In this document: positions 12,285 to 24,179 of the stretch, in pieces
Numbering within the stretch: position 1 is the stretch's first letter
Layout of the letters: each line of letters opens with the position of its first letter
Assembly: GCA_013265495.1 (NCBI GenBank)
Contig: MU058844.1
Span: 626,941 to 690,940, forward strand
Source of the DNA: Vicugna vicugna
Lineage: Eukaryota
Reading direction: 5' to 3'
Length of the DNA: 64,000 bases
The notes under the pieces: generated by a model
Database searches by the model: none
What the model saw: only the letters and a program-made list of their open reading frames with translations
What the model was told of the DNA's origin: nothing
Position numbers and translations under genes: made by a program

Positions 12285-12845
12285 ATTTATTTTGTTTATT
12301 TATTTTCACCACTTTATTGAGATATAATTGATATACCAAAAATCTGCATACATTTAATGCGTATTTAATGTATGCAGTTTGATGAATTCAGACATATGCA
12401 TTCATTTATGATACCATCACCACAATCAAGGTTAAAAAAACACTCTAAAATATTCCTTAGGTTCCTTTGCTTTTGTTGTTGTTGTAAGAAAACTTAGCGA
12501 GATCTTTCTTCCTAGCAAATTTTTAAGTTCACAATACCATAGTATTGTTTAATTTATAAACTGTAACTTTATACCCACTGGACATCTCCCCATGTCCCTT
12601 TTCCCTCTTCCCCTGGCATTCCTTTTTATGCTTATCTAAGTTTGACTACGTAAGATATCTCATATAAGTGGGACCATGGGGCTTTTTGTCCTGCTGTGAC
12701 TGACTTACTCACTTAGCATAATGTTTTCCAGGTCAGTCCATGTTGTTGCAAATGGTAGGGTTTCCTTCTTTTTTAAAACTGAGTAATATTCAGTTGTATG
12801 TGTATACCACATTTGATTTATCCATTTGTCTGTCAATAGACAGAT
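12285..12845 (-). mobile_element. L1 3' end (L1MA/MB-like)
   Basis: TTTATTGAGATATAATTGATA...CTCATATAAGTGGGACCATG...TTACTCACTTAGCATAATG...CCATGTTGTTGCAAATGG. Confidence 0.85.
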
Positions 12846-13129
12846 TATCTTCTCCATTTACTTTCATCCTCTGTTCAAGCTTTGAGTCTGTTTTCGAGTT
12901 GTAATCTCTCCTTATGCTCTGATTTCTTCCTGGGCCTGGCAACTTGAATTTGGGTTCTTGAACCTATTGTGAATCATGAACAGGATTAACCCAGCTCTTC
13001 TACTCTGCAAGAAGTGCTGAGCCTTCAGCTCCTGCCAGGGGATTGGGATGTGACTCCATTTTGTGGTTTATCAAATCTGGACTTGCTTGTTATCATAGAA
13101 TCATTTTAAAGCCTTTGGGGTGTCCTATT

Positions 13130-13345
13130 TAAATGCTAATATATTTCTCCATTTGCTTGTATATGCATAGAAAATGTTGGAAACTGATAGAGATTACCAG
13201 GGGAAGGGCATTCACTGGGTCAGTGGCAGGGACTGAGGGAGTGGGGAAGGAAAAGTCACTTTTAATTTCCCACCCTTTCTTCTTGAATTTTTTTATAGTA
13301 AGCGTGTATCATTTTTATAAGAAAAATAAATATTTACAATGAAAC
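13130..13345 (+). mobile_element. L1ME-like 3' end
   Basis: TTGCTTGTATATGCATAGAAAATGTTGGAAA...TTGAATTTTTTTA...GTGTATCATTTTTATAA. Confidence 0.6.
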
Positions 13346-13997
13346 ACTGTGGTCTGACTGGTATAATAAGCTCTTAGTATTTGAACCTAAGATTCCCTCT
13401 TCCAGAGGCAGCTGTAGAACAAATACGCTACTAAGGACAATTTCAACTTCTAGGAGAAATCCTTATAAAGAGATGCAATTTGAAATCCAGTAGGAGAGTG
13501 GCAAGGGCAGCGTATGGCCACGAACCCTTCTCCTAATTTGAAGAGGATATTTGTGAGGGAGTCACTGTGTGGATGTAGAGATGAATTATGGGGCTGTCGT
13601 TCTTGTCCTGTAGCTGCTTGTCTCTGAAAGCTGTTTAGGGGAAAGCCAAGAGAAATGGAGCCCTGCCCCTTTAATCAGCCCCAGGAGCCAGGCAAGGTAA
13701 ATATTTGTGGCTGAAACAGCATAAATCCATGGAAGCTGGGATTTTAGCCTAGGAGCACTGTGCTGCCAAGTTGCCATGAGACCCAGAAAGCTGGAGCTAT
13801 TCTCTGCCTCAGAAAGTGCTCCTGAGCTTAAGAGAAGTGGGAAGAATAGCAGAGAAGTGGTATTGAGGTTAGACGATGATGAGGAGGGTATCTCTATGCT
13901 TGACGCCAAGACGCAAATTTTACCTATTTTTATTTTGTCTCAATATTAATTTCTTCTGCTTAAAAAAATCTCAGTGTTCCAAATGTAGACGTATTTA

Positions 13998-14270
13998 TTT
14001 TTTCCCTTTTTAAAAATTATAGTCAGTTTACAATGTGTTAATTTCTGGTATACAGCACAATGTTTCAGTCATACATATACATACATATATTCCTTTTCAT
14101 ATTCTTTTCCATTATAAGTTACTACAAGATACTGAATATAGTTCCCTGTGCTATACCGTATAATCTTGTTGTTTATCTATTTTATATATAGTAGTATCTG
14201 CAAATCTCGAACTCCCAATTTATCCCTTCCTACCCTTTCCCCACTGGTAACCATAAATTTGTTCTCTATG
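13998..14270 (-). mobile_element. Lineage-specific L1 3' end, 5'-truncated
   Basis: Poly-T then L1 3' UTR; TSD TGTAGAC(G/A)TATTTA at 13984-13997 and 14271-14284. Confidence 0.9.
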
Positions 14271-14415
14271 TGTAGACATATTTAAGTTATTGCATTTATT
14301 AACTGATTCTCTGGTTTCCAGAGATACTAAATACAATTGGATTATGGCATTGCTCTGCTTTTCGATGTCTTTCCATTTCTCTTAGGATAAAATCCTGACT
14401 TTTATAGCTCTTATG

Positions 14416-14520
14416 TAGGGTGACTGTATAATTTATTATCCAAACTGGGATGGCTCTCAATATTTAGGGTTGGAAAACAGCTGAAGTGGGGACTCTCCTA
14501 GGAAAACCAAGATATATCCA
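14416..14520. mobile_element. MER94-like hAT MITE inside an L2 (~14360-14885)
   Basis: TAGGGTGACTGTATAATTTATTATCCAAACTGGGA; similar to the copy at 36224. Confidence 0.65.
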
Positions 14521-15341
14521 TGAGAATCTCCTGGATCTAGCTCCTGACCTCATTTCTTACTGTCCTCCTTTGCTCACTTGGCACCAGGAGTCTTTGCTGT
14601 CCCCTGGGTCATGCTTACACGTGCCTTATTTATCTTTAGGGTCTCAGATGTCAAGTCCTCAGGAAAGCCTTCCTTGACCACCAGTCTAGAAGACAGTTCC
14701 TCTGTGTTTTCATCTCTCTGCTCCTTTCGCTCATCCTACCTGTTATGATCTCTAAGAATCTTGTCTAGGTATTTGTTTATTATCTGTATCAGCTACTGAA
14801 ATGAGGTCAGGAACTTGCCTGTCTTGTTCACAGGCCTGGCACATGGTAGAGGTTCATTAAGTACATGGCAAGTGAATGAATGATCAGGTGAAGGTCTTTA
14901 AGTTGGACTGAACAACTCACAGAGATGCCCAGTGCCTTGATTCTCATCCTATGAATAAGGTATGATTCAGCAGAAGAGAATGAACTGAAACAGAGAAAAG
15001 AGGAGGGAAGAGAGAGAGAGAGAGGGGATGAGGGAAGGTTGATGCTGGACATGTCCCTGGTTACAGGTCCTACGGATATACAATTTATCCTTTACTTCTT
15101 CCTTAATGGGGTGAGCCATTTAAATATATTATAAGAAAACCTCTCTTTCCCTTGTGTTAACCTTAGATTAGCTAGAATTGGGACTGGGGTTCTAGTTCTG
15201 CAACCAAAAAACTCAAGTAAAACATAATTAACCTATTTCCTTTGGAATATATATTTCCATTTTTAAAGGAAAACTTTGTGACAAAATAAGGTATTAGTGC
15301 CCCATTATCCATTTTTTAGCCTCTATGTAAGTTAAGGGAGA

Positions 15342-15409
15342 TACAGTAGTTTCCTATTGCCACTATAACAAATTGCCACAAAATCAGTGGCTTAAAACAA
15401 TGTGAATTT
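15342..15409 (-). mobile_element. MLT1 (MaLR) LTR terminal fragment, cut off by the L1
   Basis: TAGTTTCCTATTGCCACTATAACAAATTGCCACAAAATCAGTGGCTTAAAACAA is the MLT1 end motif. Confidence 0.8.
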
Positions 15410-17948
15410 CTTTTTTCTTACTAAAGTATGGTTGATTTCCAATGTTTCAGGTGTACAGCAAAGTGATTCAGTTATACATATACGTATATGTATATATATT
15501 CTTTTTCAGATTCTTTTGCATTATAGGTTATTACAAGATATCAGATATAGTCCCTGTACTATACAGTAGGTCCTAGTTGTTTATCTGTTTTGTATATAGT
15601 AGTGTGTATTTAATCCCAAATTCCTAATTTATCCCTCCCCTCTCCTTTCCCCTTTGGTAACCATAAGTTTGCTTTCTATGTTGATGAGTCTATTTCTGCT
15701 TATAAGTAAGTTCGTTTGTATCATTTTTTAAGATTCCACATATAAATGATACCATATAATATTTGTCTTCTACTTACTTCATTTGGTATGATAATCTCTA
15801 GGTCCATCCACGTTGCTTCAAATGGCATTATTTCATTCTTTTTTATGGTTGAATAGTATTCCATTGTATATATATATATATACCACATCTTTATCAATTC
15901 ATCTGTTGATGGACACTTAGGTTGCTTTCATGTCTTGCTATTTTAAATAGTGCTGCTTTGAACATTAGATTGCATGCATCTTTTTAAATTAGTTTTCATC
16001 TTTTCCTGGATATATGCCCAGCAATGGGATTGCTAGATCATATGGTAATACTATTTTTAGTTTTTTAAGGAATCTCCATACTGTTTTCCATAATGGCTGC
16101 ACCAAACTACATTCCCACCAACAGTGTAGGAGGGTTCCCTTTCTCCACATCCTCTCCAGCTTTTACAGTTTGTGGACTTTTAATGATGGTCATTCTGACC
16201 TGTGTGAGGTGTTACTTCATTATAGTTTTAATTTGCATTTCTCTGATAATTAGCAATATTGAGCATTTTTTCATGTGCCTATTGGCCATTGGTATCTCTT
16301 TATTGGAGAAATGTTTTTCAAGTCTCCTGCCCATTTTTTAATAGGGTTGGTTTTTTGTTTTTTTTTTTTGTATTGAGTTTTATGAGCTATTTGTATATTC
16401 TGGAAATTAAGCCCTTGTCAGTCATGTCATTTGCAAATATTTTCTCCTAGTTCGTGGGTTCTCTTTTCGTTTTGCTTATGGTTTCCTTTGTTATGCAAAA
16501 GCTTGTAAGTTTAATTAGGTCCCATTTGTTTATTTTTGCTTTTATTTCTGTTGCCTGGGTAGACTGCCCTAGGAGAACATTAAGATTTATGTCAGAGAAT
16601 GTTTTGCCTATGTTTTCTTCCAGGAGGTTTATTTTGTCTTGTCTTATGTCTAGGTCTTAAGCTATTTTGAGCTTATTTTTGTGCATGGTGTGAGGGAGTA
16701 TTCTAACTTCATTGATTTACATGCAGCTGTCCAGCTTTCCCAATGCCACTTATCAAAGAGATTGTCTTTTCTCCATTGTATATTCTTGTCTCCTTTATCA
16801 AAGATCAATTGATCACAGGTATGTGGGTTTATTTCTGGGCTCTCTGTTCTGATCCATTGATCTATATGTCTGTTTTTGTGCCAATACCATGCTGTTTTGA
16901 TTACTGTAGCTCTGTAGTATTGCCTGAAGACTGAGAGGGTCCTGCCTCCAGTTTCAGTCCTTTTCTTCAGCATTGCTTTGGCAATTCTGCGTCTTTTGTG
17001 ATTCCGTGTACATTTTAGGATTATTTGTTCTAGTTCTCTGAAAAATGTTGTGGGTAATTTGGTAGGGATTGCATTAAATCTGTAGATTTCTTTGCATAGT
17101 ATGGCCATTTTAACAATATTAATTCCTCCAGTGCAAGATTATGGGAAATTTTTCCATTTCTTTAAACCATCTTTAATTTCCTTAATTAATGTTTTATAGT
17201 TCTCTGCATATAAGTCTGTCAGCTCCTTGGTCAGGTCTATTCCTAACTAATTTTTAATGTGATTTTAAAAAGGATTTTTAAAAACTTTCCTTTTCTGATG
17301 TTTCATTGTTAGTATAAAGAAATGCAACTGATTTCTGTATGTTAATCTTGTATCCTTCTACCTTGCCAGATTCTTTTATCAGCTCTAGTAGTTTTTGTGT
17401 GGAGTCTTTAGCATTTTCTATTTATAGTAGCATGCTATCAACATATAGGGACAATTTTACATCTTGTCTTCTAATTTGGATCCCTTTTATTTAATTTTCT
17501 TGTCTGACTGCTATGGCTAGGACTTCCAATACTATGTTGAATAGAAGAGGTGATATAGTGGGCATCCTTGTCTTGTTTCAGACTTTGTGGGGATGGCTTT
17601 CAACTTTTCACCATTAAGTATTATGTTGGCTGTGGGTTTGTCATAAATAGCTTTTGTTATGTTGAGGTATGTTCCCTTTATACTCACTTTGGAGAGAGTT
17701 TTTATCTATGAATGGATGTTGAATTTAATCAAATGCTTTTATATGCATCTATTGAGATAACCATGTGGTTTTTGTTCTCTTTTGTTGATTAATTTGTGTA
17801 TGTTGAACCATCCTTGTGACCCTGGGATAAATCCAACTTGATTGAAGTGTATGATCTTTTTTACGTATTGTTGGATTTGGTTTGCTAATATTTTGTTGAG
17901 AATTTTTGTGTCTATTTCACCAAAGATATTGGCCTATAATCTTCCTTC

Positions 17949-17985
<37 letters not shown>

Positions 17986-19188
17986 TTTCTTTCTTTCTTT
18001 CTTCCTTTCTTTCTTTCTTTCTTCCTTTCTTTCTTTCTTTCTTCCTTTCTTTCTTTCTTTCTTCCTTTCTTTCTTTCTTTCTTCCTTTCTTTCTTTCTTT
18101 CTTCCTTTCTTTCTTTCTTTCTTCCTTTCTTTCTTTCTTTCTTCCTTTCTTTCTTTCTTTCTTCCTTTCTTTCTTTCTTTCTTCCTTTCTTTCTTTCTTT
18201 CTTCCTTTCTTTCTTTCTTTCTTCCTTTCTTTCTTTCTTTCTTCCTTTCTTTCTTTCTTTCTTCCTTTCTTTCTTTCTTTCTTCCTTTCTTTCTTTCTTT
18301 CTTCCTTTCTTTCTTTCTTTCTTCCTTTCTTTCTTTCTTTCTTCCTTTCTTTCTTTCTTTCTTCATAGTGTCTTTGTCTGGTTTTGGTATCAGGGTAATG
18401 GTGACTTCATAGAATGAGTTTGGGAGTGTTCCCTCCTCTTCAAACTTTTGGAAGAGTTTGAGAAGGATTTATATGAGTTCTTCTTTGTATGTTTGACCCC
18501 AGTGAAGTCATCAGGTCCTGGACTTTTGTTTGCAGGGAGGTTTTTTTTTTTTTACTGATTCTATTTGACTTCTGGTGAACAGTCTGTTCAAATTATCTAT
18601 TTCTTCTTGATTCAGTTTTGGTGGGCTGTGTGTTTATAGAAACTTGTCCATTTCTTTTAGGTTGTCCAATCTGTTACCATATAATTGTTTATAGTATTCT
18701 CTTACAGCTTTTTGTATTACTGTTGTATTGGTTGTAATTTTTCCTCTTTCATTTTTTTTTAAATTTTGTTTATTTGAGTCCTCTCTCTTTTCTTCTTAGT
18801 GATCCTGGCCAGAGGTTTGTCAATTTTGTTTACTCTTTCAAAAAAACAGCTCTTGGTTTTCTTCTTTTTCTAATTCTTTTTGATGATACATTAGGTTGTT
18901 TATTTGAGATTGTTCTTGTTTTTTTGAGGAAGGCCTGTATTGCTATAAACTTCCCTCTTAGGATTGCTTTTGTTGCATCCCATAGATTTTGTGTGGTTGT
19001 GTTTTCATTGTCATTTATCTCAAGATATTTTTAAATTTTCTCTTTGATTTCATTGTTGACCTATTGGTTTTTTAGTAGCATATTGTTTAGTGTCCATGCA
19101 ATATTGTTTTTTTCTCATTTGTTTTTCTGTGGTTGATTTCTAGTCTTCTAACCATTGTGGTCAGAAAAGATGCTTGAAATAATTTCTA
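15410..19188 (-). mobile_element. L1 3' UTR plus most of ORF2, inactivated
   Basis: Continuous L1 sequence; track ORF 16662-17108 ([15 protein letters not shown]...[15 protein letters not shown]) is L1 ORF2; multiple stops, frameshifts and internal deletions. Confidence 0.97.
17941..18364. repeat. (CTTT)n-derived higher-order microsatellite: 19 x CTTC(CTTT)4
   Basis: 17981-18360 is 19 perfect 20-bp units, inside L1 ORF2. Confidence 0.97.
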
Positions 19189-19634
19189 GAGCAATACTCA
19201 TACCAGACAAAATAGACTTTAAAACAAAGGCCATAAAGAAAGATAAAGAAGGATACTACATAATGATAAAAGGAACAATACAAAAAGAGGATACTACACT
19301 CATTAACATATATGTGCTCAGTATAAGAGAACCTAAATACATAAAACAAATACTAACAGACATAAAGGGGGATATTGATTGGAATGCAATAATAGTAGGA
19401 GACTTTAACAACTGCACTAACATCATTGGACAGATCTTCCACACAGAAAATCAATAAGGCAATGGAGATACAAATGACACAATAGAACAGTTAGATTTAA
19501 TTGATATTTTCAGGACATTACATCCAAAAAACCCAGAATATACATTCTTTTTAAATGCACATGAAACATTCTCTAGGATAGACCACATACTTGGACACAA
19601 AACAAGCCTCAACAAATTTAAGATAGAAATTATT
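19189..19634 (+). mobile_element. Inverted 5' segment of the same L1 (ORF2 APE endonuclease domain)
   Basis: Translates AILIPDKIDFKTKAIKKDKEGYYIMIKG...IIVGDFN; ends at TAGAAATTATT, the same L1 position where the minus-strand part begins. Confidence 0.95.
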
Positions 19635-20094
19635 AAAAGGAAATATTTTTAACATTACCAAGATGACAATAACATTGTTTGGCAATTTAAAAAAAATAAC
19701 AGTTTTACATCCTTGAGTAGCATCTGATTTCATTAAATATTTTTATATTTAATTTTTCTACAAATTATGTTGTGGGGGGCAGGGGTGGGGAAGTGAGCCC
19801 TCTGTACTCTCATTCCCCAGTGGGGCAATAATAAATGATATTATTCTCTCAACATCACACACAAACAGCATATTAGGAAATCTTTAGTGCTTTAGACTAC
19901 TCCCTCAATAGTAATCATAAAATAAGTTCAAAGGAACAGAAATATAGGCCAACCATAAGAACACTTTTGTAAAATGCAATCACAGGGGTATGTATAATTA
20001 TGGTGAAGATCAACTCCACAGCATATCTCTTTGTGGAATGACTATTCCTTGCCTGTAAAATTTAAGATTTTTAAAATCTATTTATTTAGCTCAC

Positions 20095-20560
20095 CACTCT
20101 CAATTTCCTTACTCTTTATTTTTCTTCACCATTCTCTTTAACTACTTTATATTGTATTTTTATTTATTTTCTTGTTTTTTAGCTACCTCACTAAAATGTA
20201 GACTCTACAGGGCAGGATCTTTTCTGCCTTATTCACTGGAATATCCACAGTGTCCAATCACAAATGCCATTTGCAGGGTGAGGAGTGACTGGAGGTGATA
20301 CCAAAGGAATGTGGAGTGACTGGATTGTGGAGGAGCTGAAGGGGCTTTGACTGGATCCTGAGACAGTGGGAAATCACAGAAGGGTATTAAGCTGGCAGTT
20401 GGGGGATTATGAGTAACATGATCAGACTTGGATTTTAGATAATAATTCTGAGTTTGGTATGGAGAAAGGGTTTGAGCTGATGGAACAGTCTGGAGGCAGG
20501 GATAACAGTGAAGAGGCTACTATGACATTCCAGGAGATTGGAGATGAGAGCTGAGCTAGA
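20095..20560. mobile_element. Two L2 fragments in opposite orientation
   Basis: CTAAAATGTAGACTCTACAGGGCAGGATC...TTCACTGGAATATCCACAGTG, then AACATGATCAGACTTGGATTTTAGATAAT...TGGAGGCAGGGA. Confidence 0.7.
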
Positions 20561-20614
20561 AAATTGGTAATAATAAGAGCAATAATAATTATTATTTATT
20601 TAACAAAGTTTTCT

Positions 20615-21008
20615 GCACAGATGGTCACTGAAATCCATTTCCTAGACTACATTTCCCAGGTTCCTTTTCAGTTAGATGTGGCCATGTGATTATGTTCTAA
20701 CCAATTGAATATGAGAAGAAATAATTGCTCTTCAATTCCAGGCCTGACTCATGGGAATTTCCTATACACACTCCTCTCTGTTCTTTCCTTTTTCTGGCTA
20801 AGAGGGATCGAGAAGCCATTTACTGGAGATAACTGGGAAGCCACTGATATTGGTCCTTGTACAGTCATGTACAGAAAAGTTGCCTCAACTGACCAGGAAC
20901 ACCTTGGAATGTTATGTAAGTTAGGAAGAAAAATCTACTGTGATTGAGCCATAATTTGAGGATAATTTTAGCTCTATTTGTTATAGCAGCAAATGTTACC
21001 GTAATGAA
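20615..21008 (+). mobile_element. MLT1 (H/I-like) MaLR LTR
   Basis: AGACTACATTTCCCAG...AGTTAGATGTGGCCATGTGA...TTTGTTATAGCAGC. Confidence 0.75.
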
Positions 21009-21041
21009 TTTAAGCACTCATTTTTGGCTGGCACCATTCTT

Positions 21042-21656
21042 TTTTTTTTTCTTTCTTTCTTTTTTTTCCCTTTTAATTGAATATAGTCAGTTACAATGTG
21101 TCAATTTCTAGTGTACAACATAATGTTTCAGTCAGACATGTATATACATATATTCATTTTTGTAGTCTTTTTCACTATAGGTTTCTACAAGATATTGAAT
21201 ATAGTTCCCTGTGCTATATAGAAGAAATTTGTTTTCTTATCGGTCTTTATATATAGTAGTTAGTATCTGCAAATCTCTAACTCCTAACTTATCCCTTCCT
21301 ACCCACTTACACCCTAGTAACCATAAGATTGTTTACTATGTCTGTTAGTCTGTTTCTGTTTTGTAGATGAGTTCATTAGTCTTTTTTTTTAATATTCCAC
21401 ATATGTGTGATATCATATAGTATTTTTCTTTCTCTTTCTGGCTTACTTCACTTAGAATGACAATCTCAGGTCCATCCATGTTGCTGCAAATGGCATTATT
21501 TTATTCTTTTTTATGTCTGAGTAGTATTCCATTGTATAAATATATCACAGTTTCTTTATCCAGTCATCTGTCAATGGACATTTAGATTATTTCCATGTCT
21601 TGGCTATTTTATATAATGCTGTTATAAACACTGGGGTGCGTGTATCTTTTCGATGT
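21042..21656 (-). mobile_element. Lineage-specific L1 3' end inserted in a MIR (~21010-21845)
   Basis: Poly-T plus L1 3' UTR; perfect TSD GCACCATTCTT at 21031-21041 and 21657-21667. Confidence 0.92.
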
Positions 21657-22044
21657 GCACCATTCTTAATGCTTTCTATACAATAACTCATTTAATTTTC
21701 ACAACAATCCATTGACTAACATACTATTAATATTATCCCCAACTTACAGATCAGAAAAATGCAATAAAGAGGATCCGTGTAACCTATTTCCATTACATAG
21801 CTGGGCAATGACAGAGCCAGATTTCAGTATTCTGGTTCCAATATTTTAAGCAAAATCTGATGGTGGAGATGGATAGAAATAAATAGATTTAAAAAAAAAA
21901 GATATATGTCCTTTCTTTGCAATTAAACATTCTAAATAAAAACAGAACCTTAAAAATGTTTAATGGTCAAGCATGGACATTAATTTAAATTGAAGTTCCT
22001 ATTTATGAAGTAGTAATATTTCCAAAAAAATTTTAAAAGGCAAA

Positions 22045-22455
22045 TTGCTTTTGGTTGGATTTTCTGGAAATGAACTCTGAAAGTGAGATTTCCAAAGCAG
22101 GAGGTTTATCAGGAAGTGCTCCCTGGAAGTAAGGGGAGTAGGATTGGGTAGAGAGAGAAGTTTAACTATAATATAGTTATAACAGAGAACTCAGCCTATC
22201 CCATGGGAAACTCTGGAGCTGGGCTAAGCCTTTAGAGTTATTCCCCATCAAGGAAGGAGGTCTGGGCTTTTATGTCCTGCTTCAACCAGTCATTGAATGT
22301 GAGCTGCCGGCTGGGAGGGGACACAAGCTTGGGTGAGGCAGAGCCTTTGGAGAGGGATTTAGCTATGAACTAGTGTTCCCAGCAGCTAGAGGAATGGCAT
22401 TGTTGTCTTGAAGGGGTGGGGGTAGGGAAATATGGGTGTTACATCACAATATTCA
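22045..22455 (-). mobile_element. LTR16-like ERVL LTR
   Basis: ACTCTGAAAGTGAGATTT...GCAGGAGGTTTATCAGGAAGTGCTC...AGGATTGGGTAGAGAGAGAAGT...CTCTGGAGCTGGG. Confidence 0.7.
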
Positions 22456-23019
22456 ATATAGAAACAGTTCAGAATAAATGAATACCATTTTTATAAATTT
22501 TGGTTTTTCCAGATGGCTCCACTCATCTTTGGACTCACATAGCCCACTATTTCCTGATTGTGCCTGAAACATAAGAGGGTGTATCATGAAAGGACTGATG
22601 AGACATGAGACTTCAAAGGTGAGTTGAGCTCATGTGAAAGCTGAAATGGTACGCCAAGGGGTCTGGGTGACAGGGAAGTCTGGTGGCAGCATGGAGATGG
22701 AGTAGCACAGAGACATACTCCTGGCCAGTGTACCATTTGGACCTGCTGTAACAACCCATTGCTATGAGGACCTGAAACAGGTTCTGAACCAGGATCAATG
22801 GGATGGAGAAGGGCTGAACTTGCAAGACATTTTAAGGGTGATTTTTGATGGTTTTAATGGCTGAATGTAAAGATGAGGGAAGATTTGAAGCAAATTCTAT
22901 AGTTGAAGCTTGGGAAATTGTGCGAAAGGTGGCGCTTGAAGGGAGATTGTGTTCATGTCTACCCTATGGGGGCCAGCATGAAGTCTTGCCTATCTTTTTA
23001 ATTGACATAATGATGATAA

Positions 23020-23060
23020 TCCTTCCTTCCTTCCTTCCTTTCTTGCCTTCCTTCCTTCCT
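23020..23060. repeat. (CTTC)n microsatellite
   Basis: Direct reading. Confidence 0.85.
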
Positions 23061-23218
23061 TTAATTTTTCTTTTATCTGAGGAGACTTTCTATTGCTTCC
23101 TCCTGTGCCTTAAAATGAGTTGTTCTTTCCATCTGTAATTGTTTTTTTTCATTAATCTATTTTAACAAAAATTTCTTTCATCATGTCTTCCCTTTTCAAT
23201 TATAAATCTAAGCATACC

Positions 23219-23274
23219 AAAACAAAACATACACTTAAGTAAAACAAAACTTACACTTGAGTAAAACGAAACAA
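23219..23274. repeat. 22-bp tandem repeat, ~2.5 copies
   Basis: AAAACAAAACATACACTTAAGT / AAAACAAAACTTACACTTGAGT / AAAACGAAAC. Confidence 0.85.
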
Positions 23275-24179
23275 AGTTTTAAAGCACAGATAGGAAACCC
23301 ATTTTCCCTTGTATCTTCATTTTTTGTCAGTTCTGTTGTGACCTAGATTGGAATTTCTGATAACAACAGCCTTGGCCTGTAGGTGTAATGAGAGGTGACA
23401 TGAAGTGTGCTGGGCTTGGGAACAATGTTACCTTATGAGTGGCTGGTTGCTCTCAGGTATATAAATGTGCAAAATGGTTTGTTGAGGCTGGGTCTGAATG
23501 ACTGTATTAAATCCCTTGGTGTACTCAGTGAGTGTAGCCATTATGCAGCTCTAGTCATTGTAATATACCCTTTTTATTTTCTGTAGCAAAAGTAATTTTC
23601 TGACATGATATACACAATGTTAGAATCTAGCCTTCTGCAGGCTGCATTTTTGCCAAGTAATTTGAAAACTTCTAATAGCGTAGAATTTTATTTTTAAAAA
23701 GAGAAAAGTTAGTAATTAAGTGAGAGCAAATCAGTGTAGAAGACGTAGATGCTGTCTATACTCAGGGCAGCCAGATGAAACCATCATTCACTGAACATTT
23801 ATTGTATAGCTTATCTGTGCCAGGTACTAGATTAGGTGTGCCAAGAATACAAAGATGGATGAGACAGATGAGGTCCCATCTCTCACAGAATGTACCTTTT
23901 AATTATGGGAAAGAGAAAATAAGAAATAATAAGATAGCTTCCAAAGTCTGCAAGTGCTTGGAAAAAAAGAAAAGTTGGATTTCTTTTATTTATCCACCCC
24001 TTCCTATTTCAAGAGGCTATGTGGCTGAGAAATTGGGTCTTTTAGGGACCTAGGAATGGAATAATGTGAACCCAAACTTGTTACCTGAATAGGTAAATTG
24101 ACATACTCTGGGGGTTTGTTGGGAAAGGGAGGATAGGATTTTAAAACTTCGAATATAAGTAGGATAGATATAATTTAAA

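Noticed and set aside
17941..18364. CRISPR-like or other repeat-spacer array
   Set aside because: Units are contiguous with no spacers and the context is mammalian; no repeat-spacer array was seen anywhere in the window.
17842..18417. Three long ORFs (F/L/S-rich and K/E/R-rich, 149-191 aa)
   Set aside because: Read-through of the stop-free CTTT/CTTC microsatellite; not proteins.
16014..19733. Cluster of ORFs as host genes
   Set aside because: All are sense or antisense frames of a broken L1 ORF2.
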